DNA of 64,000 nt from a virus, in IMG/VR virus record IMGVR_UViG_3300045988_069682, positions 4,222-68,221 of that record. One strand, written 5' to 3'. Below, one piece after another: positions 26,101-33,503 of the stretch; the stretch's first letter is position 1; each line of letters starts with the position of its first letter. Under the pieces are notes generated by a model that was not told the origin of the DNA, did not search any database, and worked only from the letters and a program-made list of their open reading frames with translations. The position numbers and the translations under genes were made by a program.

Positions 26101-28655
26101 TTAGGTTCAGCTTTAGGTTCAGCCTTAGGTTCAGCCTTAGGTTCAGCGATTCTATTAAGCGCAGCAGGAACCTTTACCCCTAGCTGTTCCGCAAGTTGCA
26201 TTAATCCGTTAATGTTAGCAGTTTCCGCAACTTTTGCAGCAGCGGCCTTTTTCTTTTTGTTAAGAACTCTGCTGTTTTTTATTGCGCTTTTCAAAACGCC
26301 GCGGAAGTTTTGTACTGCATGGTAGTCGTCATCAGCGCCAAGTTCCCATGCCGCAATGCCATTTTCAGCTGCATCCATAACAGCCGCTTTGCGTGGAGCA
26401 GTCAGTTTGCTAAACCATGCCCAAGCTTCTTCGTTTCCGTTCATTGCTGCATTGAATTTTTCAACAGCATCTTGATTGTCGTTTAAAAAGGTGCGCAACG
26501 CAGGAGCCGCTCTCAGTTGTCTAACGTCAAATCCTCCATTAGCGTTCAAAAAACGGTCGGAGCCTTTCCCCTTCTTTAAACCATCTAAGATAGCTCGTTT
26601 AGAACTTTCGTAACGAACTTTGGCCTGTGTGCCGTAGTTTGCAACGGTTTCTGCTACACCTGTGTTGGCTTCTGGAGGCACAGGGTACTGCGCTGCGTTT
26701 TTCTTGCCGTTGTTTTGTAACGAAGAAGGAGCCTTTGCACTATTTTTAATATTTTGTTGAAGCGCTCGTCCACGAGGCGGCAAATTGCTTGTATCGACAG
26801 CTAAGACTGTTCTCAGCCTTGCTACTTCTATATCGTATTGCTCTTTGCTTATTTCGCCGCGAGCGTATCTGCCAGCCAAATCGTTTACTTCTTGTTCATA
26901 TTCTGCTCTAAGTCTGCTCACATCTGCTTGCGAAGGCGTATCGTATCGCAAATTATAGCCTTTAAGTCGAGTGGCTGCTTCGTTCAGACGGGTTAATTGT
27001 TTATCTGCATCCCGACGGCTAACGCTGCCTAATTGTACTCTGTTTTCGATTTTAGCGCGTTTTTCTTCGGTCTTGCGGTCAACATCGCTATTTGCATATA
27101 CACTAGGCTTTTGCGGCATCGGCAAACCCAAAACAGGCTCTTGCTTGTTGATAGCTTTATCGACACTATCCATAGCAGCCTTATAGTTAATGCCAAAATG
27201 CTGTTCTGGCGGTCTGAAATTCATGTTGCCGCCCCGTGCCATCGCGTCAACCAAAGTGCTTGGGCTTGCGCTCATCTCGTCGAGTTTTCGCCTGGTCGCA
27301 AACATGTTTTGAATCGCATCAGAATCAATTTTTTCTTTTTGCTCAGCCCCATCCCAGCCGAATTTCATAGCAGTATTTTTAATCAATTCAGCGTCTCCGC
27401 TAGAATTAACTGCATCTATTTCGTTGCGCTGTTCGTCACTTAGGGATGGATGTTCATAAAGGCTATCGAGATATTCTTGCGCCTGTGCAACATCATCGTT
27501 CGTTGGCTGTACTTCGGGCTGAACCGATTGCTGTGTCTCAGCGGCAGCTATCTGTTCCTGCTCATTCTTGCTGTTGAGGTAGTTGGCACCAGCTCTCATC
27601 GCAGCGTTGCCGCCACCGATAGCCAAGCCGCCTACACCGCCAACGGCAGCCTGTTGCAATGCTTCGTCGCTCCACTGTAAAGGGTTTACCACGCCGAGCA
27701 AATTCTGCTTGCCTTGCGCATATTCATGGGTGGATTGTTGCATACCTTCTTCCCAAGCGTTTTGCAAACCTTCACGGGTAACGCTGCCTAGAATGGCCAT
27801 CATGCCTTCTTTGCCGATTTTTTTGCCGCCAGCTTTCTCTGCTTCCTTCAAGAATAATTTGCCCAAGCCAGCAGATTCAAAGGTGTTGCTTAAACCGAGC
27901 AGAGGCATCTGCAATGCGCCTACGATAAGAGCCTGTTTTCGTGCCTCGTCGATGTTCGCGCCACTTTCCAACGCTTCCGCACCAGCATTACCCATTTCAG
28001 AAGAAACTTCAACGGGGGTTTTCAAAATATTCAAAGCATAGAGCTTGCCCATAGGGCCATCCAACACCTTTGCAAGTTTGGGCATACCTGCTTTGGCGGC
28101 AGCTCTGCTCATGCCTCCGCTGATTTTACCTGCAAGGGCAAGGCCTCTAGCCGCGCCGCCAACACCTGCTGCACCACCAACGCCAAGAGCGCCGAGGGCT
28201 GCGCCGCCAGTTGCTGCAACGGCGGCAGTCTCTGCACCAAGGACGGCCGAAGAGCCGAGCATATTAGCAACGTCATATGCCGCACCATCGCCATTAGTCC
28301 AGTAGTCGCTGGCGAATGGAATCATATCTGCAATAGTATATTCTTTTTTGCGGGCGTTGTTCTGCATAGATTCACCCAACGCATTGGCTGTGGCACCGTC
28401 TCCAATGCCCATCAAGTTGCTCAACTGTGCTTGACCTTGCAGCACGCCCAAGGCACCGGATTTAAAGCCTCTGGTAAAACCCCAACTGTCATCTTGAAGC
28501 GCACCTTGCTGCGCTGTGGGCAGCGCGCTTTCGTCGAGGTTCATTTGTTTCATATAAGAATCGGCGTATTCATGTGCTGGCATGTTGCCTAACTTTCGCA
28601 TACGCTCGGAAAAGTTTTTGTACCCTTCACTTGGGTTTTCGTAATCAAACATCAT
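17145..28655 (-). CDS. giant (~3,836 aa) multidomain virion/ejection ('polyvalent'-type) protein
   Basis: Single open frame of 11.5 kb. ATG at 28655 sits 8 nt after the upstream stop, with an AGGAGGAAC RBS. Contains Gly/Ala-rich hydrophobic N-terminal segments, 13 x (A/T)EPK, triplicated modules, and two HExxH motifs (LFHEMAHMF, EAHEATHAAI). Confidence 0.8.
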   Translation of the reverse strand: MMFDYENPSEGYKNFSERMRKLGNMPAHEYADSYMKQMNLDESALPTAQQGALQDDSWGFTRGFKSGALGVLQGQAQLSNLMGIGDGATANALGESMQNNARKKEYTIADMIPFASDYWTNGDGAAYDVANMLGSSAVLGAETAAVAATGGAALGALGVGGAAGVGGAARGLALAGKISGGMSRAAAKAGMPKLAKVLDGPMGKLYALNILKTPVEVSSEMGNAGAEALESGANIDEARKQALIVGALQMPLLGLSNTFESAGLGKLFLKEAEKAGGKKIGKEGMMAILGSVTREGLQNAWEEGMQQSTHEYAQGKQNLLGVVNPLQWSDEALQQAAVGGVGGLAIGGGNAAMRAGANYLNSKNEQEQIAAAETQQSVQPEVQPTNDDVAQAQEYLDSLYEHPSLSDEQRNEIDAVNSSGDAELIKNTAMKFGWDGAEQKEKIDSDAIQNMFATRRKLDEMSASPSTLVDAMARGGNMNFRPPEQHFGINYKAAMDSVDKAINKQEPVLGLPMPQKPSVYANSDVDRKTEEKRAKIENRVQLGSVSRRDADKQLTRLNEAATRLKGYNLRYDTPSQADVSRLRAEYEQEVNDLAGRYARGEISKEQYDIEVARLRTVLAVDTSNLPPRGRALQQNIKNSAKAPSSLQNNGKKNAAQYPVPPEANTGVAETVANYGTQAKVRYESSKRAILDGLKKGKGSDRFLNANGGFDVRQLRAAPALRTFLNDNQDAVEKFNAAMNGNEEAWAWFSKLTAPRKAAVMDAAENGIAAWELGADDDYHAVQNFRGVLKSAIKNSRVLNKKKKAAAAKVAETANINGLMQLAEQLGVKVPAALNRIAEPKAEPKAEPKAEPKAEPKAEPKAEPKTEPKAEPKAEPKAEPKTEPKAEPEEREQEMQKTLPKIKFGKKELTPILTDDGKTVTISWPKGTETTDEQRKIIYEAGFKYDGNAKAIKAPYNAEVKTALEKLSGAKIDVEPKTEVQTLREIFASNGIDTSKAVELPKAPKVNLTDVLDKLKNADDVNADDKTDTSTTDVGKLLCTIRLNGVKGEVRSLPDGRVSLKMEKRVKFTKEEKQAYKKAGFAWKSKEEGSIAENTPALDEFLKKYLVQDASDNNANGNTVTPAKGKKPKQDDNTNKNEVGKADKLPTIQVGGKELNPILRQKDNMVWIAPSDKLPLDVRKSLGQAGFHWDSGGFYYAPYGQSKVKDFLEKHQKDNINGNKGTPGLDAASASVKNFFASNGIDTSKPVELPTVPKVTLTDVLDKLKNANTDNTEGTTDTSTADVGSGSGEGEPPIRQQADIETKPDVSAIVKGLNTDNNGLYLMNKKTPVDNIELIQKYNEATLLEQVKGICDKWRNGETSIDEASKEVNALKRVYARSERQVPTVSKDCIEKIEETRKQMFIDREADAKEQHRKQLEADKRAREEAEAPRKEFYQKALKDAKEAAENVVKQHKEGKIFLEEALDSLEKIKSELERKLEASKDSAGKGDFLRVDDRKSVYDKQVAAVKKEQEQIDKKILESATTDAMADGNETLSKEGQEVYDWVKSSLSNDSKKRFSTNAIEAAAQLLAFRAQTWSRLFNKYLGANYTPLAFAQRYKFAFFDDKIDNRFSAGTAGLTTQIFTADKTARGRLAFSGKASTTTLFHEMAHMFFADFALVAESPLAPQKLKDDFKRLREWIGNGADKTSKEYTQAPYFNSEQRSKSDGGPVDEERFSQAIIKHIADADTPIPWLNKLFADLKAEIQSYIEKFMLKIQKALGRESEKSKKWANAYTFDFEIPADVKRIINEVVFSGKDEVSKPFAERIKELDDLRNQIDTMLGGDSHVGAAEARDFQMNLANASKSDDEYTSEQNTSLAAARNSIWLEFDEKRAKHDARVALAEVKNGNTDANIVARAASGLIEGNPDELETLPKEALNILDSVLSEQEKEDVADIGRDSIAAAVTADYATDGKLDEDFDALIKGLKDDELSDETIDAVKKYADAMLQALQKYQELYDKHEAVEEIAKAAKETSNAVAVENKASHADYDSKPEGTDNSNKRYVNKTRDSSKLVALHNLTMESLSDVIFGKTNGTFVSPSLAIIRDGEPYSNYGEITLIGGKELIDPSTGAAKVYERDAWTPTIPKEKIIDGESYFFNPAEGKDVPFTTENLERYMLKQAYPRAHWSEGKRMTYGQFLAFVAREFKSVDDMHKASGSLSRDFDNPTIRSNYDKVGDDALIAIAKVINSDDPSEKHLMEELVGKEAFKENPNLVNALPNERALNLFHSVKKLVKTEYFEAKSQRSVNLGDFKAAVVPQKYADTKEVKAMMDAGLHIEFYDSDSKIGAVRQKALDTALHKANQKAEVKFSVRESEFGEKILRSRDEILEKCKKLFGTDDIQVNDNSTFTIITKGGNKFTLDIQNNLLVNEAEAERARKEHGIADDADMTIEGYYRPMYSSDVEGIISVSLDSRENTEAHEATHAAIDLALNEQEKKILFDRAEKIAEEYGIEKDAEEIAADAVRNFVSAREHGYITDFTKSEIEKLQKTPWGRMMLRANRVGGKAALFTKLHETELQKTAWGRMILAKNKLQRLVAKLMRKVYDFIKKAQAMFEKVDNFHDLARRIELGEVWGDEGSKRNSDGDKHQAKKSKLDEALQKKIDEDSDRFAAMVDEWSKNPKKWFEEHKFETVDFMRQTPLALVLTGAKQYPLKISSGFFGHSTKTKHPGMTPAVIKQIPKAMAEPLMILKDFEDVKGVKKEFPNKRVLVLGVKNEYGATVVVPVKLEVDVERKRTVVNMPQTAFGVGGAKPSYQYFINALENNGELLYLDSKKSLAWAKAAKDARTDTLTGLIRKRASDESILHKQDLVNARQTNPCKYSARSKPRSQDPGITGINEAYKRKLEEAYAAGAGDNRITAIMNEHQKELAEYLKDKGEKQKERTKLRAAEIRSLRKKLHAKEIESFSLAGAVVRLGKDGKEVVEKIDDGLPNRTYVNKRHEGEKTANAAQKLGSRIAREEPKTRTQKVKEWIVDAKSQFYKHFVDKYDALHLLDDAIAKASGEKIDGANTILGRMNMAANSASGMAMALLEGNADELKQAANKYGIKNMVSLQMLMEKIGTDMKAGRFTNYVKSTNPQGKAELEEHISAIENYLVARSLLESAQNHRLDYDRSVAEWEKKGSHGDKPIFEPYKFPGGMTEQEIRQVIKEAPVGFKEYAKMFKGITDNMLDILYNTGLITGDRYLATKSRYKAYCPLMRDFSDTAAVDSFIDQINSGKGLANVSDPLKNRSSEGSERDIVPPLRTIVTSINALTQKAERNRVGQYAVKQANKYKLDDYIKEVKGNSGDAKNCIFTVMFNGEKHSYQTIPEMYPAITAAVKPLVEIEMALLTKPAQWLRTGSTMSPSFILRNLIRDTLFAGIASKNGFVPIYDSIRGMNALLNNQQLRSEFNASGVISSNFYGDGESVMRSLESMAGGKKWQKLGLLDIIKGIFHKPIEGLEWISNLAEAGTRMGEFMRAREKGKSVDQAAYDAVEITLNFGRSGATGQQINRMVPFFNACIQGGDKLYRMFKADPRRTLLRIGTYIVLPSIVLWLWNHDEDWYKELDPNVKMTNWILPNGIRIPKPQEAGILFGSGAEAMLDTANGQDPKAMANWRTQARDALMPGVIPTLFLPLAEWITNYSFFRGKPIVSKSQERLPDELQYGPYTSEMSKALGDNPIMKLSPVKIDNLWRGYTGTMGMFLWQAPDLLIAEKRNLPEKKLSEMAFVRDFVVNDMNLTRTMNDFYQLKEASAKWQAGYGKKGKPTVAVSGVNTAANTISKLQKEIRDITTNPKYTPAQKRMLVDKNRAKQQKVAQLCLKKYGDKFDI
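25996..26151. repeat. 12-bp tandem repeat (13 units) encoding (A/T)EPK
   Basis: GG(C/T)TC(A/G)G(C/T)(C/T)TTA units counted directly. In frame within the giant ORF. Confidence 0.9.
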
Positions 28656-28662
28656 GTTCCTC

Positions 28663-30471
28663 CTAGTGCTTTTTAACCCAGTTTGCAACGTCCGTTAGCT
28701 TAAAGTTATTCCACTCATCTCCCAAGGCTTCTAGAGATGCCAATATGCCAGTATGTCCGTTGGCGTTTGGAACTTCCTCTGGCTCTGGAGTAGATGCCGA
28801 AGTATTGTTGCTCAAAACATTGTCAAATTCTTCTCTGGCACCCTCGCCATCAGAGTTTTCCATATCTCCGTATGTATCTCTAAGCCACTTATCTACGGTT
28901 CGTTGCTCATCTTCGCCGAGACCACTATCAAAGTAAATCCAGTTGCGGGCTTCATCATAAGTCAGTTCACCGTTGCCAATAGCTTTTTGGAGTTCAGCCT
29001 TAACCACACTAGCTGGAACAACATAATTATCGCCAGCCATGTAACGGTCGTAAGCCGCCAATGTATTAGTGGCGGATTGTTTCATTTCTGGACTGGCGTT
29101 CGGATTCTCTAAAACGCCTCTAGCCCACTCTACGCGCTTGTCCCATGTTGGGCCTTTGCTCGAAGAACCGCCGCCAGCAGCGCTTCTGCTTCTACCACCG
29201 CCAGAACCGCCGCCATAGCCGCCTCTGCCGCCTCTGCTACCCCCGCCACCACCGCCATAGCTATACGAAGGCGCTTTGCCAGCAATGTAACCCATGCTCT
29301 GCAAATCTTTCTGAGAGTAACGGGTGTCGCCTGTTTCGAGGAAATTCTTAGCTTCCTGTTCAGAATAGCCACGGTTTTTCATCAGCATCTTAACAGATTG
29401 GTCGTATTTATACTGCTCCAAGAAGTCGCTCTGGTTACGTTTGAATTGCCCAGATAAGCCTTCTGCCAGAATCGGGTTCAACTGACGCATCCTTGCATAT
29501 GTCAATGCAGAAGCATCAATCTGCCCACTTTGTACCTGTTGTTTGTAAAGGTCATACAAGGCGTTGAATTGCTGTGCGTTGTTTTGCTCGACCTTGTTTG
29601 CAATGTCCGGTTCAATAATCTTCATTACCTGCTCAATCTGATATGGTGTTCTGCCGTTTTTTAACATTTCCGAACGGGCAATAGCCGAAAGACTTTCTTT
29701 GCTAAGAGGAATGTTGTTCAGATTCGCATTAGCAATCTGACCTTTTGCCGCAAGAGCTGTAATGGTGCGCTTATCTTCTTCGGGATTGTCAGTGCCGCTG
29801 TATTTTTGTACAACATAGTCCTGCTTCTCTGCTTTCAAATCTCGTGGAGCCTCAACCACAGGAGCCGCAACGCCTTGCCCATTAGCGGATGCGTCTGAGG
29901 AAGGGGTTGTCTGTGGCTGAGGCTGAGAAAAATTTGCAGACGGCACCTGCTGACCGTTAACAGTTAAATTCTGCGGCTGATACTGCTGCGGAATACTGCC
30001 TGTTGCACTGATAGCCGCACTTTGTGGCTGAGCAAAATCCATAGAACTGATTGTGCCGCCTTGGGGAGCTGCTACGATGCCTTGACCGAAATTCAGCCCA
30101 TTTGCGCCAGCGCCGATATTGCCAGCGTTTTCATAGCCAGTGCCTTGCTGCTGATGGAAACTTCCTGCACTTCCCGGCATTGCTACCTGTTGACCGTCCA
30201 CAGTTACGTTGCCGCCGCCAAACGCTCCTGTCGCGTCTTGGCCTTGCCCTTCCATCAACGCTTTCATTGCGGCATTTATGGCTTCGGTACTTTCATCAAT
30301 ACCCTTCTGGGTGCCTCTGCGATTATAATTCTGCCCCCAGATTGCTCCCAGCAAGCCGCCAAGGTTATAAAAAATATCATTGCTGCTTGAGCCTGTTGAA
30401 AAACCTGTGCTCGGGTTAATCTTAACTCCGTAGTTAGGGTTCATTTTCATTCCGTATGCGCCATAACTCAT
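28663..30471 (-). CDS. Gly/Gln/Arg-rich low-complexity virion protein (602 aa)
   Basis: SYSYGGGGGGSRGGRGGYGGGSGGGRSRSAAGGGSSS RGG-like tract plus Q/N/P-rich regions. Lies between the Hint protein and the giant ORF. Confidence 0.7.
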   Translation of the reverse strand: MSYGAYGMKMNPNYGVKINPSTGFSTGSSSNDIFYNLGGLLGAIWGQNYNRRGTQKGIDESTEAINAAMKALMEGQGQDATGAFGGGNVTVDGQQVAMPGSAGSFHQQQGTGYENAGNIGAGANGLNFGQGIVAAPQGGTISSMDFAQPQSAAISATGSIPQQYQPQNLTVNGQQVPSANFSQPQPQTTPSSDASANGQGVAAPVVEAPRDLKAEKQDYVVQKYSGTDNPEEDKRTITALAAKGQIANANLNNIPLSKESLSAIARSEMLKNGRTPYQIEQVMKIIEPDIANKVEQNNAQQFNALYDLYKQQVQSGQIDASALTYARMRQLNPILAEGLSGQFKRNQSDFLEQYKYDQSVKMLMKNRGYSEQEAKNFLETGDTRYSQKDLQSMGYIAGKAPSYSYGGGGGGSRGGRGGYGGGSGGGRSRSAAGGGSSSKGPTWDKRVEWARGVLENPNASPEMKQSATNTLAAYDRYMAGDNYVVPASVVKAELQKAIGNGELTYDEARNWIYFDSGLGEDEQRTVDKWLRDTYGDMENSDGEGAREEFDNVLSNNTSASTPEPEEVPNANGHTGILASLEALGDEWNNFKLTDVANWVKKH

Positions 30472-30486
30472 TCCGTATCACGCTCC

Positions 30487-31602
30487 TTACCATTCGTTTG
30501 TTGCGCCTTTGGCGATAAAGCCGTTGGCGTAATATGCGTTAGTTCCTGTCAACTTCATGTCGTAAACTTTTCTTGTGCCATTGAAGATGACACTTTTGAC
30601 TTTGCCGACATTCTTCAAGTTATCGCCAATTCTCAGCATCGCTACATCGCGCCATGTGCCGTCAGCTTTCATTAAAGGCTGAGTCAGTGTTGTGATTACG
30701 TCGTGCATGTCGCCGCCCTCGTCTTGGCAGATAACCATATAAACTTCGCTATCCAGCGGTTCCATAATCTCGACAACTTCTTCGACCTGCTTCTTATCAC
30801 GAACATGGTCGTATGCCAAAACTTTGTCACCGGAAACGATTTCTCTGATAGCCTTAGTCCCTTTGGTTGTTTTAATGGGAGTTTCACCAACAAAGCAAGC
30901 GATAGCAGACGCACCGAGGTTGAGAGCACCGCCAAGGAAGCTACCCCAGCCGCTGCCGCCGCTTTGGCTTGATGTGCTGGTTGTGGTGCCAGTGCCCTTC
31001 ATGGCATCCAGTGCACCCAATGTACCTCCGCTGTTCAAGCCAAGGGATGCGTTCCACAGATTCAGAGCTGGCTGCTGAGCCGCCTGTTGTGCCGCAGCAG
31101 AAGTAGTAATGTTCTGACCAGCCAAAGAAGCCTGCTGGCCATACAAGCCGTTCAATGTGCCGATATTGCTCTGATACTGTTGAGCCATGGCATCGGCAGC
31201 GTTCTTGGAAATATCGTTCAGAGCTGTGTTTGTCACGCTGCTGTTAAGGATGCCTCTGGAACCAAGGCTGTTAAGAGTGCTGCCCATAGTGTTGTTTACG
31301 CCGCTTCGGATAGCGTTCTCCATGTTCTGCTGATATGCAGACGGCAAAATGCCTTGTGTCAGATTGGCTACACCTTGTTGCGCCGCAGAGGTCTGCTGAT
31401 TGGCGTTGTTTAATAACTGGTTGTAGTCAACTTGGATTGTACCCAAGCTGTCTTGCAGTAAACCTCTCGCTACGCCGTTCAGCCACAGTGCGTTAGGTGC
31501 AATAGCCTCGGAATAATCAGCGGCCGCTTTTTGCAGTCGAATTTCCTGCTCTGTTGGTTTGTAGGATTGTACAGTTGTCGAACTGCCGCCTTTTTTACCC
31601 AT
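30487..31602 (-). CDS. virion protein with C-terminal Hint (Hedgehog/intein-like) domain
   Basis: Start MGKKGGSS with an AAGAGGGTG RBS. The last 136 aa are CFVGETPIKTTKGTKAIREIVSGDKVLAYD...VYDMKLTGTNAYYANGFIAKG. Confidence 0.7.
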   Translation of the reverse strand: MGKKGGSSTTVQSYKPTEQEIRLQKAAADYSEAIAPNALWLNGVARGLLQDSLGTIQVDYNQLLNNANQQTSAAQQGVANLTQGILPSAYQQNMENAIRSGVNNTMGSTLNSLGSRGILNSSVTNTALNDISKNAADAMAQQYQSNIGTLNGLYGQQASLAGQNITTSAAAQQAAQQPALNLWNASLGLNSGGTLGALDAMKGTGTTTSTSSQSGGSGWGSFLGGALNLGASAIACFVGETPIKTTKGTKAIREIVSGDKVLAYDHVRDKKQVEEVVEIMEPLDSEVYMVICQDEGGDMHDVITTLTQPLMKADGTWRDVAMLRIGDNLKNVGKVKSVIFNGTRKVYDMKLTGTNAYYANGFIAKGATNEW

Positions 31603-32089
31603 TAAGCACACCCTCTTTCCGTAATTTCTCTTTCATTTTTTCAATTAGCGGGCTGGTTGCTTTGGTGTTGAAATAATGAGTTACCCAATAAACTGGCTCG
31701 CCTGTCTTTTCGTCGTTGTGTTTGTGTGTGATGATAACCAATCTGCCGATGCTGTCTTGGCACCAATAACGGAAGCGCCCGTCAACATCTTCCTTTTCGA
31801 TTGTCTCCCAGCCAAAGCCGCGGATGTACGGTTCGATGTGTCGGGTGCAAATGCTGGCTACACACTCAAAACCAGCCGTGCAGCTTACGAGTTCAGCATA
31901 ATCACGCCAAAATTTAGCGTCGCCGCATACTTGGTAAATAATCATCATTTTGCCTTCAAAGTCGGGCTTCATGCTCGCGAAACCTCTTTCCGGCATATAC
32001 AAAAGGCGATAGCCCGGTAATAAATCAAAGCTATCGCCTGTTTTGATTTCATAAATTTCAATCCATTCTTTAAGGCTTTTAGCCTTCAT
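31595..32089 (-). CDS. hypothetical virion-module protein
   Basis: 164-aa ORF, overlap-coupled to the downstream gene. Confidence 0.6.
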   Translation of the reverse strand: MKAKSLKEWIEIYEIKTGDSFDLLPGYRLLYMPERGFASMKPDFEGKMMIIYQVCGDAKFWRDYAELVSCTAGFECVASICTRHIEPYIRGFGWETIEKEDVDGRFRYWCQDSIGRLVIITHKHNDEKTGEPVYWVTHYFNTKATSPLIEKMKEKLRKEGVLNG

Positions 32090-32115
32090 ATTACATTACC
32101 GCCTTTCTGTTCTAA

Positions 32116-33495
32116 TCACTCGTCAATGCCGTACAGGCAGAAATTGTTTATTCTGTGCGGCGATGTGCTGGTCACAATAACCTGCATCGCCCGCAAAGAA
32201 TTGTAAAAATGCTTCACTCTGCGTTTGGTTGTCAAACTGTAATCAAAGCCACGGTCGGCAACCTGTACGTGAATTTTGCCACTCTCATCGCCTTCTCTGC
32301 CCTCGACAAAAATATCAAAGTATCTGGTGATGATGCGGTTGGGGGTGATATACATTTTCGAGATAATTTTGCTGTGTATCGGCTCTCCGTTGTCGGTAGT
32401 ATACTCGTCATTCATGCGGCAGACACCCTTGTCGGTAGCCAGCATGATGCCGCTATCTGTCTGTGCAACGTCGTGAATATCATCGTGGAAGGTGTATTTG
32501 TACGCTGCGCCAGTATCATACTGATATATATAAAAGGTCTTTTCATCCTTGGCATTAGGGCGTATCCAGAGTTGCTTCATAGTCAACATGTTCCAGATTC
32601 TTGGCTTGTAGCACTCTTTTTGCAGCAACCTGTTTATCTTATACGCAACTTCGGTTGTATCGAAGTTGCCGTAAGTTGTTGTTGTCTGCAAGCTGCGGAT
32701 GCCTAAATCCGTCGCAAACACAATGGTATTGCCCAGCAAAGCGAACGATTCCCTGTCGTCTTGTGCGTGGGTGTTGTTCAGAATCTGCTGGCTCTGTAAG
32801 TCTGGTACGGTGCCGCTTATCTGATAACCCAAATCATTGGTCTTGAATACAATCAAGTCACCGGAGAGAGGCAGCGTAGTGATAATGTCGCCACCGTCAA
32901 GCTCGCCTATGCCATACCATTGGGCTTGGCTCGCCACGTTAGTGTCCTCCTTCCATGCCTCGTCGGAAGTGCAGTCGCCAGTGCTGCTGTAATGGAAGTT
33001 GTCATCACCGCGTTTGGAAGTACCCAATCTGCTGTCGCGCACCCATAAATTGTCGCAAAGGAAACTGCCTTCAACGGTAGTCAAGTTGTTCTCGTAATCA
33101 TAGTATTGTAGCTTATCACCGCTGCCTATGGTGACTTTGGCTCCGAACCGCTGGCAGACAGGGCGCTCTTCGCCTGTCAGTTTGCCAATCTGCTTCGGCG
33201 GTTCTTTGACATAGCCGTAATAAGCGTTGGCCGTTCCCTTTGCTGGTGCTTTGCCAAACAGCAGAAAGCCATCCGTGCTTTGGTCATACCAAATTTTATC
33301 CACTGGCTCACCAATGTCGATAAGAGGCTCGGAATAACCGCACCTTGTACGCAAAACGCCCTGCTCAAACATATAGTTTTCAAGCAGGACGGCTTCGTTT
33401 TCACCTATCATGTTGTCTGGAACAGAAGCGTTCATGCCGCCCACTAAACTGCTTAGGCAACACGATACACTCTGCGGTTCTCTTTCTATCGGCAT
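32116..33495 (-). CDS. structural protein (tail/nozzle-like, beta-rich)
   Basis: 459-aa ORF in the virion module. No specific motif recognised. Confidence 0.55.
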   Translation of the reverse strand: MPIEREPQSVSCCLSSLVGGMNASVPDNMIGENEAVLLENYMFEQGVLRTRCGYSEPLIDIGEPVDKIWYDQSTDGFLLFGKAPAKGTANAYYGYVKEPPKQIGKLTGEERPVCQRFGAKVTIGSGDKLQYYDYENNLTTVEGSFLCDNLWVRDSRLGTSKRGDDNFHYSSTGDCTSDEAWKEDTNVASQAQWYGIGELDGGDIITTLPLSGDLIVFKTNDLGYQISGTVPDLQSQQILNNTHAQDDRESFALLGNTIVFATDLGIRSLQTTTTYGNFDTTEVAYKINRLLQKECYKPRIWNMLTMKQLWIRPNAKDEKTFYIYQYDTGAAYKYTFHDDIHDVAQTDSGIMLATDKGVCRMNDEYTTDNGEPIHSKIISKMYITPNRIITRYFDIFVEGREGDESGKIHVQVADRGFDYSLTTKRRVKHFYNSLRAMQVIVTSTSPHRINNFCLYGIDE

Positions 33496-33503
33496 AATCT
33501 CAC

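Noticed and set aside
25996-26151. Regular 12-bp tandem array that could be mistaken for a CRISPR or minisatellite locus
   Set aside because: The units are contiguous with no spacers. They are in frame and translate to (A/T)EPK inside the giant ORF.
17149-28305. Dozens of plus-strand ORFs (60-279 aa) antisense to the giant gene
   Set aside because: They lack RBSs and have Leu/Ser/Phe/Cys-rich antisense-type composition. They are fully contained in a long, well-supported minus-strand ORF.
17145-28655. Giant ORF as a tape-measure protein
   Set aside because: There are no adjacent tail-tube, chaperone-frameshift or distal-tail genes. It lies after the fibre genes and just before lysis, it contains HExxH motifs and repeated globular-looking modules, and a 3.8-k-aa tape measure would imply an implausibly long tail.
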